The notes below the pieces were generated by a model. The model did not search any database. It worked only from the letters and a program-made list of their open reading frames with translations, and was not told where the DNA came from. Below, piece by piece: positions 52,067-59,533 of a stretch of 64,000 nucleotides of DNA; the stretch's first letter is position 1; each line of letters opens with the position of its first letter. The translations under genes and the position numbers were made by a program. Origin of the DNA: Candidatus Micrarchaeia archaeon (GTDB taxonomy: Archaea; Micrarchaeota; Micrarchaeia; Anstonellales; J096). Location of the stretch: contig JBGQMY010000004.1 of assembly GCA_041500865.1 (NCBI GenBank), positions 860-64,859 on the forward strand. The letters run 5' to 3'.

Positions 52067-52732
52067 ATGGCCCACGAGGCAAGCAAGGACAAAAAAGCCG
52101 GCATAGGCGAACCAAAAAAGCAGCCGTTAAATGAAAAGCTGAAGGTGGAATCAGACAAAGCGGATGACTTCAGTGCAGCCAAGACAACGAAAATACCGGG
52201 TCCGGGAATAACTACAGATTTTCCCCTAAATAGGAAAGAAAGCGCCGCTACGCCCCTAATGAACGCTGTGCTGTGCGCCGAATTGAATTACAATGCGAAA
52301 AAGGCAGGCTTGCCGCATTATAAGAAGATAGAGGAGCAACTGCTGGAAACCGCGGGCATAGTCTCCAACGAGCAATACGCGTTTGTAATGATAGACATAG
52401 GCTCGCCTGACACGGGTAAATTCACGTCAGCATGCGGCACCGCAGCCCTTCCTGTCTTTTCCAATGTGGATGTGATAAGGTTCCTAAGGGAAAACGGCGT
52501 AAACGGCATAATCGGCGTGGTTTACGACCATGAGGCCCAGGATACGTACGATGGAAAGAGGGTACCGCTCAGCGCCATAGTGCTGCCCATAAATGAAGAA
52601 CGCGGCAGGAAGTTTGAGGAAATAGTCTCAAGGATAGGCGGCAGCTTCAGGTGCGAAAAATTGAATCTTGAAACAATAAACAAGGACGACTTAAGCTGCA
52701 AGTGGCATTGGACGATATACGAGTCGGAATGA
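52067..52732 (+). CDS. hypothetical protein (221 aa)
   Basis: It is an ORF with a TATA-like TTTTTAAAC upstream. No motif was recognised. Confidence 0.6.
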   Translation: MAHEASKDKKAGIGEPKKQPLNEKLKVESDKADDFSAAKTTKIPGPGITTDFPLNRKESAATPLMNAVLCAELNYNAKKAGLPHYKKIEEQLLETAGIVSNEQYAFVMIDIGSPDTGKFTSACGTAALPVFSNVDVIRFLRENGVNGIIGVVYDHEAQDTYDGKRVPLSAIVLPINEERGRKFEEIVSRIGGSFRCEKLNLETINKDDLSCKWHWTIYESE

Positions 52733-52797
52733 TGCGCCTTTTCCTGTTTTTAGCTCCATAGAAACATTTAAAACACGTTAGCCTATGATTATACACT

Positions 52798-53769
52798 ATG
52801 TCAAAACAAATGCTGGTTGAACGCGCCAAAAAAGGCTGGAAAACCAATCTTCAATCCTATAAGGATGCCATTGACGAAGGCACAATGCCAAAAATAAAGG
52901 TAATGGTAAATGGGCTGCCTGGCAAGATGGCGACTGAACTCGCAAAAAAGCTCATAGCATCAAAGAGATTTGAGGTGCTTCCGTATTCGCTTACTGGCCA
53001 AGAGATAAACATTGGCTCTTTTGAGGTTAATCCCATTGCTGTTTATGAATTACTCAAGCCCGACGCCAGGGAGGCGTTTATTGGAAAGATTTCAACCCAA
53101 AAGCCCGATGTTTCCATTGACTTTACGCATCCCTTGGCAGTCAACGCCAATGCGGAATTTTACGCAAGGCACAAGCTGAATTTTGTGATGGGGACTACGG
53201 GCGGAGACAGGACCAAGCTGGAACAGACAGTGGTCGATTCAGGCATCATGGCAGTCATTGCGATGAACATGGCCAAAGCCATTGTCGCTTTCCAGGCAAT
53301 GATGAAGCATGCGGCAGACACCTACCCTGATGCTTTCAAAGGGTATGTTTTGGAGATTGTTGAAAGCCACCAGCAAAAAAAGGCAGACACGAGCGGAACC
53401 GCGAAAGCGCTTGTGGCCAATTTTAACGCCCTTGGGATACCATTTCGTGTAGGCCAGATAAAGATGATTCGGGATCCGCCAAAGCAGCTTGAAATGGGCG
53501 TCCCTGAAGAGGCGCTGGGCGGCCATGCTTGGCACACGTACACGCTGAAATCCGCAGAAGACGGCGTATTGATGAGCTTTACCCACAATGTGAACGGAAG
53601 AAGCGTATACCTGCCAGGCACCATTGACGCAGTAGAATACCTTGGCTACAAGGCCGCGCTTGCAAAAAGGGGAAAGTTCCTTTCAATGGTTGAAAACCTG
53701 GGCAGGGCAGCCGGCATTAAGAAAAAGGGCAAAGTTTACACTATGATGGATGTCCTGAAGGGCAAATGA
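52798..53769 (+). CDS. dapB: 4-hydroxy-tetrahydrodipicolinate reductase, plant/Bacteroidetes-type DapB
   Basis: The series ESHQQKKADTSGTAKAL...IKMIRDPPKQLEMGVPEEALGGHAWHTYTL...FTHNVNGRSVYLPGTIDAV follows the plant-type DHDPR signature (ESHQ..K.D.SGTA). The start may be at MPKIKVMVNG (52885). Confidence 0.7.
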   Translation: MSKQMLVERAKKGWKTNLQSYKDAIDEGTMPKIKVMVNGLPGKMATELAKKLIASKRFEVLPYSLTGQEINIGSFEVNPIAVYELLKPDAREAFIGKISTQKPDVSIDFTHPLAVNANAEFYARHKLNFVMGTTGGDRTKLEQTVVDSGIMAVIAMNMAKAIVAFQAMMKHAADTYPDAFKGYVLEIVESHQQKKADTSGTAKALVANFNALGIPFRVGQIKMIRDPPKQLEMGVPEEALGGHAWHTYTLKSAEDGVLMSFTHNVNGRSVYLPGTIDAVEYLGYKAALAKRGKFLSMVENLGRAAGIKKKGKVYTMMDVLKGK

Positions 53770-53836
53770 CCTTTCCTTGGTTTTGCCTGCCATAAGAGGC
53801 TATTTTAAAAGGATTTCTGCACCCGTATTGATACGG

Positions 53837-53908
53837 GCCTCCATAGCTCAGCGGTAGAGCGACCGCCTTGTAAGCGGTAGGTCGTGGTTTCAATTACCAC
53901 TGGAGGCT
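53837..53908 (+). tRNA. tRNA-Thr (anticodon UGU), 72 nt, no intron, CCA not encoded
   Basis: Hand-folded. The acceptor stem GCCTCCA/TGGAGGC is perfect at 7 bp. The D arm is GCTC-AGCGGTA-GAGC. The anticodon arm is ACCGC-CTTGTAA-GCGGT. The T arm is GTGGT-TTCAATT-ACCAC. The discriminator is T. A TATA box (TTTTAAAA) lies at 53803-53810. Confidence 0.95.
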
Positions 53909-54055
53909 TTTAAAGGCAGTATAAAAAGGCCTGTCCGGGCGTGGGTTGGGCTACCCTGGCTTCCGTATAGGAAAGGCACCAAAGAACACATATGGCTATA
54001 AAAACCAACATTTAAAAACACTTATTTATATAATATGTAGCAAAATGGTGATGCG

Positions 54056-55471
54056 ATGCCCCACAAGATAGCCAAGAGAAAGGTTATTCCCGCTGCTAAA
54101 AAAAATGCAACTGCAAAAAAAATAAGGACATGGGAGAACTCAAAGGATGCTGCTGATGCTATTTTAGGGGATTGCGTGGAGCTCGAGCCGTCCAAAAAAC
54201 TAAGGAAAATCAAATTCGTCGACGCAATAGGCCTTCTCAACAGTTGCAACGAAGAGATGCATAAATTGGATGCCGCGATTGGCGCAAAGACCAAGGAGCT
54301 GAAAAAGCTCCGGGAGGAAGGCGAAAACCAGGCTGCCATGCTGGACGCAGCAATGCATGCATACGAAACAGCCTCCACGAACAATGAACGCATTGACGCC
54401 AGGCTGGTGGCCATTGAAATGGAGATAGCCTCAAAGGAGCTGGAGGCAACTGGCGCAAAGTCGGCGGCAGAGGAGCTGAAGAGGGTGTATGACATAGCCA
54501 GAGGGAGGCTTAGCCAGTTTGTGGCAACCCCGAACGGGCCTGTAGACGAATCCTTTGGCAGCATTGAGCGGCTTATGGCATTGTCTACCGAGAAGCTGGG
54601 GCAGGCGTCTTCGCTCAAATCGCAAATGAAGGCGTTTGAGAAACAGGCAACGGAGGAGCAGAACAGGGAGGACATGCTCGGCGAACATGTGATGGACCTG
54701 CGGGACAAGCTGGAGCTCAACGTTGAGCAGATTGCAGGGCTGCACGGGGCGCTTTCGTTCCTTAATGCAAAGAGAATAGAAAAACAGGACGACATCGCCA
54801 TAATATTGAAGAAATCAGGCTTTGGGGAGATAAGCGCGCTCGTGTCAACGCTCAGGGCCCAAATTGATGAGGCGAACCGCACGATAGTGGCCACTCAAAT
54901 GACGGCCAATGCCGATATATCCAACCGGGACGGCATGATAACGAATCTCAAAGGCAATGTCAAGGAACTGCGCATCCTGGTCAGCGAACAGAAAACCAGA
55001 TTCGATGCTCTCTTGGTGAAGGCAAAGGGGATAATAGGTACAAAGGAGAACGCAATACGGACCCTTGAGTGTGCGATTGCTGCTCCCGAAGCTTCCGGTG
55101 AGAGGATAATCAAAATGACCAGAGTGATAGCCGCATTAATGGAAAGGCTCGCAGCTGCCGGCAGGGAACAGCCCAAGGCTGGAACGCGCGGAAGGGTAAT
55201 AGGCGTCATGCCGTCCAAGGACGAGGAGCTTAAAGAGACACGGGGGAAACTGGCTGAAATGTCAAGAAACTATGAACAGGCCATAACCAGGCACGGCAGG
55301 CTAAAGGCAGCGCACGAAAGGACCGTGGCCATGGTCGATAGGCATGTCTTGGTGATGGATTCCATATTGTCCCGCCCGTTCAGCAAGGGCGCCGCAAAGA
55401 AGAGCCTGTCGAAGTTCAGAAGCGCCTTCAAGGCACTGGACTCTTCAATGACCGGCAATACAGACCGTTGA
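54056..55471 (+). CDS. long coiled-coil protein (471 aa), hypothetical
   Basis: It is heptad-rich with a charged helical sequence throughout, and has no TM helix. Its promoter core ACATTTAAAAACACTTATTTAT (54008-54029) resembles P1/P2. Confidence 0.7.
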   Translation: MPHKIAKRKVIPAAKKNATAKKIRTWENSKDAADAILGDCVELEPSKKLRKIKFVDAIGLLNSCNEEMHKLDAAIGAKTKELKKLREEGENQAAMLDAAMHAYETASTNNERIDARLVAIEMEIASKELEATGAKSAAEELKRVYDIARGRLSQFVATPNGPVDESFGSIERLMALSTEKLGQASSLKSQMKAFEKQATEEQNREDMLGEHVMDLRDKLELNVEQIAGLHGALSFLNAKRIEKQDDIAIILKKSGFGEISALVSTLRAQIDEANRTIVATQMTANADISNRDGMITNLKGNVKELRILVSEQKTRFDALLVKAKGIIGTKENAIRTLECAIAAPEASGERIIKMTRVIAALMERLAAAGREQPKAGTRGRVIGVMPSKDEELKETRGKLAEMSRNYEQAITRHGRLKAAHERTVAMVDRHVLVMDSILSRPFSKGAAKKSLSKFRSAFKALDSSMTGNTDR

Positions 55472-55632
55472 AGCGCGCCTTGCCTGGAAAACTGATATTG
55501 CAGCAAAAAAGCCCTGATGTGGCCATGGGGCCAAAATATTGCCGCTGAAGCAGGGTCTATGGCTTTTTCCGAAGCGGCGCACGCTTTAAAAAGGCGGAAG
55601 CGAACCGATGTTTTTTATATCCTTTCCTTCAC

Positions 55633-55953
55633 ATGCGTCTTGGTGTTATGATGTTCGGAAAAGTGGAGCCAGGAAGCAGTATAATACACAGCATAAGGAG
55701 CATGAAGCTTGAGCCTGTTGAGGTAATACGGGGCGGGGCAGTGACCTGCACGTTCGCAGCAGACGCAGGAAGCGAGGTAAACGTGCTCGTTTATTCTATA
55801 TTGGACCAGAAGAACATAGACGAATTCAGCATGGCGGCAAACGGCAACCTGCAGAACTTCAGGGTCAGCACCGCGCCTCTTTCCCCTGGCGAATACATGG
55901 TAAAGATCCAGAGCGGAAGGGATTTCAGGAGCGGAAAGTTCAACGTTGTGTGA
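55633..55953 (+). CDS. small beta-rich hypothetical protein (about 100 aa)
   Basis: The ORF ends in a GTGA junction with the following ATPase gene. The start is uncertain (55633, 55648 or 55651). Confidence 0.55.
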   Translation: MRLGVMMFGKVEPGSSIIHSIRSMKLEPVEVIRGGAVTCTFAADAGSEVNVLVYSILDQKNIDEFSMAANGNLQNFRVSTAPLSPGEYMVKIQSGRDFRSGKFNVV

Positions 55954-55964
55954 GGTTTAAGGCG

Positions 55965-56825
55965 ATGGAAGAGGGAGAAGGGAAATTCATATACAGCCTT
56001 TCCGAGCTGAAGGACAAGGCGCCGAAGTTCTTCGGGGTTAAGACCGGCACAAAGCTGGACAACATGTTCTACATTACAGAATACGATGAAATATCAAAAA
56101 GGCCGGTGAAGAAGATACTGGGCGGCATACCCTACCTGTCAGTGATGAACGTGGTAGGGATACCGGATACGGGCAAGAGCGTGTTTGTGGAGCAGTTCGC
56201 CATAATGCAAGCCTCGCTTGGCTACAAGGTGCTTCTTGTGACTACGGAAAACCCATCCAACTTCTTATACAAGAGTTTGCTTTCGCGCTCATACGCCATG
56301 GGCATAAACTTTGACGAGATAACTGACAACTTCCTGGTCATAGACGCGACAAGGGAGGACGCGCTCAGGAACAACACAAAGAGGCTCCTCGGGCTGATGA
56401 ACTACGCCATGGAAAAGAAGAAGAGCACCATAACGATAATAGACTCCATAACGGGACTTTACGAGCACAAGGAGCTGGAGGCGAGGCAGATAGTGAGGCA
56501 GGTGTTCAATTTTCTTAAGGAAAGGAAACAGACCGCAGTCTTCGTTTCACAGAAAAGGTCGTCGCAGGACTCCCAGAGTTCGGAAGCTGCAGGCGGGCTT
56601 GGCGTGGCGCACATAGTCGACGGGACCATAGTCATGGACAAGAAGGTGCTGCAGACGAAGTATGAGGAGATGTTCTACAACATACCGGTCGGCTCGCTTT
56701 TGAGGACGATAAGGATAGACGGCTGCAGGGTCGCCGGCCATGACACGGAGACGTACCTGATGGACATAACGGATTTGGGCATTGTGGAGGTCAAGGAAAG
56801 GCTTTCCACGTCAGTCAAAAGATAG
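55965..56825 (+). CDS. KaiC/RecA-superfamily ATPase (COG0467-like, single domain)
   Basis: It has LGGIPYLSVMNVVGIPDTGKSVFVEQFA (Walker A GIPDTGKS) and Walker B TITIIDSITGLYE. The ATG lies 8 nt after a GAGGT SD. Confidence 0.75.
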   Translation: MEEGEGKFIYSLSELKDKAPKFFGVKTGTKLDNMFYITEYDEISKRPVKKILGGIPYLSVMNVVGIPDTGKSVFVEQFAIMQASLGYKVLLVTTENPSNFLYKSLLSRSYAMGINFDEITDNFLVIDATREDALRNNTKRLLGLMNYAMEKKKSTITIIDSITGLYEHKELEARQIVRQVFNFLKERKQTAVFVSQKRSSQDSQSSEAAGGLGVAHIVDGTIVMDKKVLQTKYEEMFYNIPVGSLLRTIRIDGCRVAGHDTETYLMDITDLGIVEVKERLSTSVKR

Positions 56826-57239
56826 TTATACCCTTTTTCTCAGGAAAAGGAACCAAAGCAGGAACAGCATGGCTACGACGAATATGACCATGCCGGACGA
56901 TATCAGCTGTATGCCGTATTCAATGCCTATGCGGGGGAAGTCCCATATGCTGTACATCTCCCTTATGTTGTCCTTGCATGGGTAAAGCAGCTGCTGCGAC
57001 GCCAAAGGATTCAGCCAGGCGCAGAGGTTCCTGGAAGGCGAATAAAGCAGTATCTTGTCTGCAGGCGTCACATAATTCGGGTCCATTTTTACGTATGTGC
57101 CGTTGGCCGACTGCACGTAATATTCAACGTCCTGCAGGGCCTGCATGCTGGAAGCGTCGTAGGCCTGGTACTGCTGCGGCATCGTCTGCGCAAAGCATAG
57201 CGAAAGCAGCGCAAGAACCAAAAAAACTATGCTTCTCAT
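56826..57239 (-). CDS. type I membrane protein, hypothetical
   Basis: It has the signal peptide MRSIVFLVLALLSLCFAQ and a C-terminal TM helix MVIFVVAMLFLLWFLFL followed by RKRV. Confidence 0.6.
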   Translation of the reverse strand: MRSIVFLVLALLSLCFAQTMPQQYQAYDASSMQALQDVEYYVQSANGTYVKMDPNYVTPADKILLYSPSRNLCAWLNPLASQQLLYPCKDNIREMYSIWDFPRIGIEYGIQLISSGMVIFVVAMLFLLWFLFLRKRV

Positions 57240-57245
57240 GGCATT

Positions 57246-57626
57246 TCACTTCCTTATCCTCTTCATTGCCTCCTTTATCGCGGCTATGGGCAGTTCCGCG
57301 CACCCCTTCATCTGGAAGTTGGACGTTACGTCAACGCCCATCAGCTTGTTAACGTAAGCCATGTCTATCTCCCCAAGATGGTTTATAGGCTTTCCGATTA
57401 TGTCGCCCATGAGCATGGATGACACGACCACGCCGACGAAGCAGGAAACGCGCTCGAACGAGGCGTCCTCGACCTTTCCGTCCCTTACCTTCAGGTATAT
57501 CCTTATGTTGTCGGCGCAGCTGACATAGGATTCCGCGCTTATGACATCCGGCCCTTCCAGCTTGCCCATGTGCTTCTTCTCGTTGAATATGCCGATGTAT
57601 TTGTCATAGATGTCGGAGTCTGCCAT
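57246..57626 (-). CDS. IscU/SufU-type Fe-S cluster scaffold
   Basis: 126 aa in the NifU-N family layout. Conserved Cys residues are at SCADNI, SCFVGV and KGCAEL. It lies immediately downstream of the cysteine desulfurase. Confidence 0.75.
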   Translation of the reverse strand: MADSDIYDKYIGIFNEKKHMGKLEGPDVISAESYVSCADNIRIYLKVRDGKVEDASFERVSCFVGVVVSSMLMGDIIGKPINHLGEIDMAYVNKLMGVDVTSNFQMKGCAELPIAAIKEAMKRIRK

Positions 57627-57630
57627 GGCG

Positions 57631-58812
57631 TCACCTGAACCCTATGGCGCTGAGCGCATCCAGCAGCGCGTCAACGTCGCCCTTGTCATTGTAGACGTAG
57701 AAGCTGGCCCTTGCAGAGCCTGTTATGCCCAGCCTCTTGTGCAGCGGCATGGCGCAGTGGTGCCCGCCCCTTATGGCCACGTTTTTGGCGCTGAGGAAAT
57801 ACGCGACGTCGTTTGCGTGCATTCCGTCCACGTTGAACGCCACGACACCGGCCTTCTTTGAGACGTCCTTTGGCCCGTACTGCGTTATCTTCTTCATTTC
57901 GGACATCCTTTCAAGCAAGTATTTTGTGAGTTCCATCTCGTGTTTCCTTACTTTTTCCATGCCAATCCGTTTCAGGACCTCTATTGCCTTCGAAAGGCCA
58001 ACCGTCTCAGCAATGGGCGGCGTTCCTGCCTCGTATTTGTAAGGTACGCCCGAGAACTCCGTGCCTTCCACCCCAACCGACTTTATCATGTCGCCTCCGA
58101 AAAGGAACGGCCTTGCCTTGTCAAGCGCCCCGTCCCTGATGTACAGCACGCCTATTCCGGTCGGCCCGAGCATCTTGTGGCCGGAGAACGCGGCAAAATC
58201 GCATCCCGCGTCCTTGACATTGAATTCCGCATGCGGAACGGCCTGCGTTGCGTCTATGACTGAAATGGCATTGCTGTCCCTTATCTCCTTGCATGCCTTT
58301 TTCATGTCGTTCAGCGTGCCCAGCACGTTGCTGGCCGCGGAAAGCGCGTAAAGGCCGGCCTTCGGAAGGGGCCTGAAGAAGCCTTCGTCGTCAATGTCAA
58401 CATAATGGATTTTCTTTTTCCTGTAGCCCGCGATTGTCTGCCAAGGCACGAAATTTGAGTGGTGCTCCATTACGGAAACCGCATAGGAATCCGGCTCCAA
58501 AACGTATGCCGCGAGGTTGAGGGCCTCTGTGGCGTTCTTGGTGAAGACAATCTCTTCCGGCTTTGCCCCGATTAGGGATGCGGCCGCCTTCCTTGCGTCC
58601 TCATAGGCGTTCGTGGCCCTTTCGCTTAATTTGTACATGCCCCTGTGGATGTTGGCATAGCTCGTTGAGTAGAAATCCGACATTGAGTCTATCACTTCCT
58701 TAGGCTTCTGGGTTGAGGCCGCTGAATCAAGGAAAATGAGCCCAGGATTGTTCCTGAATATCGGGAATTCCTCTTTCGGCATTAACGGTTTATCCATACG
58801 GAACGTTGGCAA
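57631..58812 (-). CDS. sufS: cysteine desulfurase (SufS/CsdA class)
   Basis: It has FLDSAASTQKP, the PLP-Lys region FSGHKMLGPTGIGVLY and the active-site loop RGGHHCA. Confidence 0.9.
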   Translation of the reverse strand: MPTFRMDKPLMPKEEFPIFRNNPGLIFLDSAASTQKPKEVIDSMSDFYSTSYANIHRGMYKLSERATNAYEDARKAAASLIGAKPEEIVFTKNATEALNLAAYVLEPDSYAVSVMEHHSNFVPWQTIAGYRKKKIHYVDIDDEGFFRPLPKAGLYALSAASNVLGTLNDMKKACKEIRDSNAISVIDATQAVPHAEFNVKDAGCDFAAFSGHKMLGPTGIGVLYIRDGALDKARPFLFGGDMIKSVGVEGTEFSGVPYKYEAGTPPIAETVGLSKAIEVLKRIGMEKVRKHEMELTKYLLERMSEMKKITQYGPKDVSKKAGVVAFNVDGMHANDVAYFLSAKNVAIRGGHHCAMPLHKRLGITGSARASFYVYNDKGDVDALLDALSAIGFR

Positions 58813-58862
58813 AGGACAATTTTTAAACCATTAAGTTCAATTATTGAACTTACCTGATCTGA

Positions 58863-58892
58863 TTTTTAATATCTTTGGCGCATAACAAAGGC
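58863..58892 (+). promoter_or_regulatory. ankyrin-family promoter cassette (TTTTTAATATCTTTGGCGCATAACAAAGGC)
   Basis: The TATA box starts 30 nt upstream of ATG 58893. Confidence 0.65.
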
Positions 58893-59528
58893 ATGCAGGA
58901 AAAGAGTAAACCCAAAGAGAATGCGCCAACAGGTAAATTGGCATCAAAAATGGACATCAAGCCAAGTGAGAAGCATATATTATCTAAACAAAGGCAGGAT
59001 TGGCTCAATAATAAGCTTATCGATGCCGCAAAACGGGGCTATGATGACAAGTTAATCCGGCTCATCAAAAAAGGCGCAAACGTCAACGCCAAGGACAATG
59101 ACGAACTGACAGCGCTTATGCATGCCGCAAGGGTCGGGAGCATAGAAACCTGCAAAATTCTCATTGAGCATAAAGCAAAAATTGATATGAGGAACAGGAA
59201 TGGCGATACAGCGCTTATTCATGCTGCATTAAACGGAGAGACTGAAATCTGTGAACTCCTGCTTGAGCATAAAGCCAATATTGATGCAAAAGACACTGAT
59301 GGCATAACAGTGCTTATGCATGCCGCAAGGGGCGGGAGCATTGAAACCTGTAAATTCCTGCTTGAGCATAATGCCTATATTGGGGTAAAGTCCAAAGACG
59401 GAAAAACAGCATTCATGTGGGCTATATGGCATCAACACGAAGAAACAGCAAAATTCCTGAAGCTTTATTCTATAAAAAAGATTCTGGGCAAGGCATTTCT
59501 TTCCAGATTTGACGAATGCATCGCCTAA
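58893..59528 (+). CDS. ankyrin-repeat protein, member j (canonical 33-residue repeats plus Cys tail)
   Basis: It has ELTALMHAARVGSIETCKILIEHKAKIDMRNRNGDTALIHAALNGETEICELLLEHKANIDAKDTDGITVLMHAARGGSIETCKFLLEHNA and the tail FLSRFDECIA. Confidence 0.9.
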   Translation: MQEKSKPKENAPTGKLASKMDIKPSEKHILSKQRQDWLNNKLIDAAKRGYDDKLIRLIKKGANVNAKDNDELTALMHAARVGSIETCKILIEHKAKIDMRNRNGDTALIHAALNGETEICELLLEHKANIDAKDTDGITVLMHAARGGSIETCKFLLEHNAYIGVKSKDGKTAFMWAIWHQHEETAKFLKLYSIKKILGKAFLSRFDECIA

Positions 59529-59533
59529 TTGTT

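Noticed and set aside
53822-53837. A perfect palindrome CCCGTAT-TG-ATACGGG just upstream of tRNA-Thr, considered as the dapB terminator or a tRNA-linked att site.
   Set aside because: It has no following T-tract. It lies between the tRNA TATA box (53803-53810) and the mature 5' end, and its last G is tRNA position 1. It is more likely promoter-proximal or leader sequence, and nothing supports a terminator or att function.
53909-54055. A possible integrated element at the 3' side of tRNA-Thr.
   Set aside because: I found no integrase and no direct repeat of the tRNA 3' half in the following 3 kb. The composition is host-like.
54022-54894. A 290-aa minus-strand ORF antisense to the coiled-coil gene.
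   Set aside because: It is Ser-rich low complexity and has no promoter. The plus-strand ORF is much longer (471 aa), with heptad character and a strong promoter.
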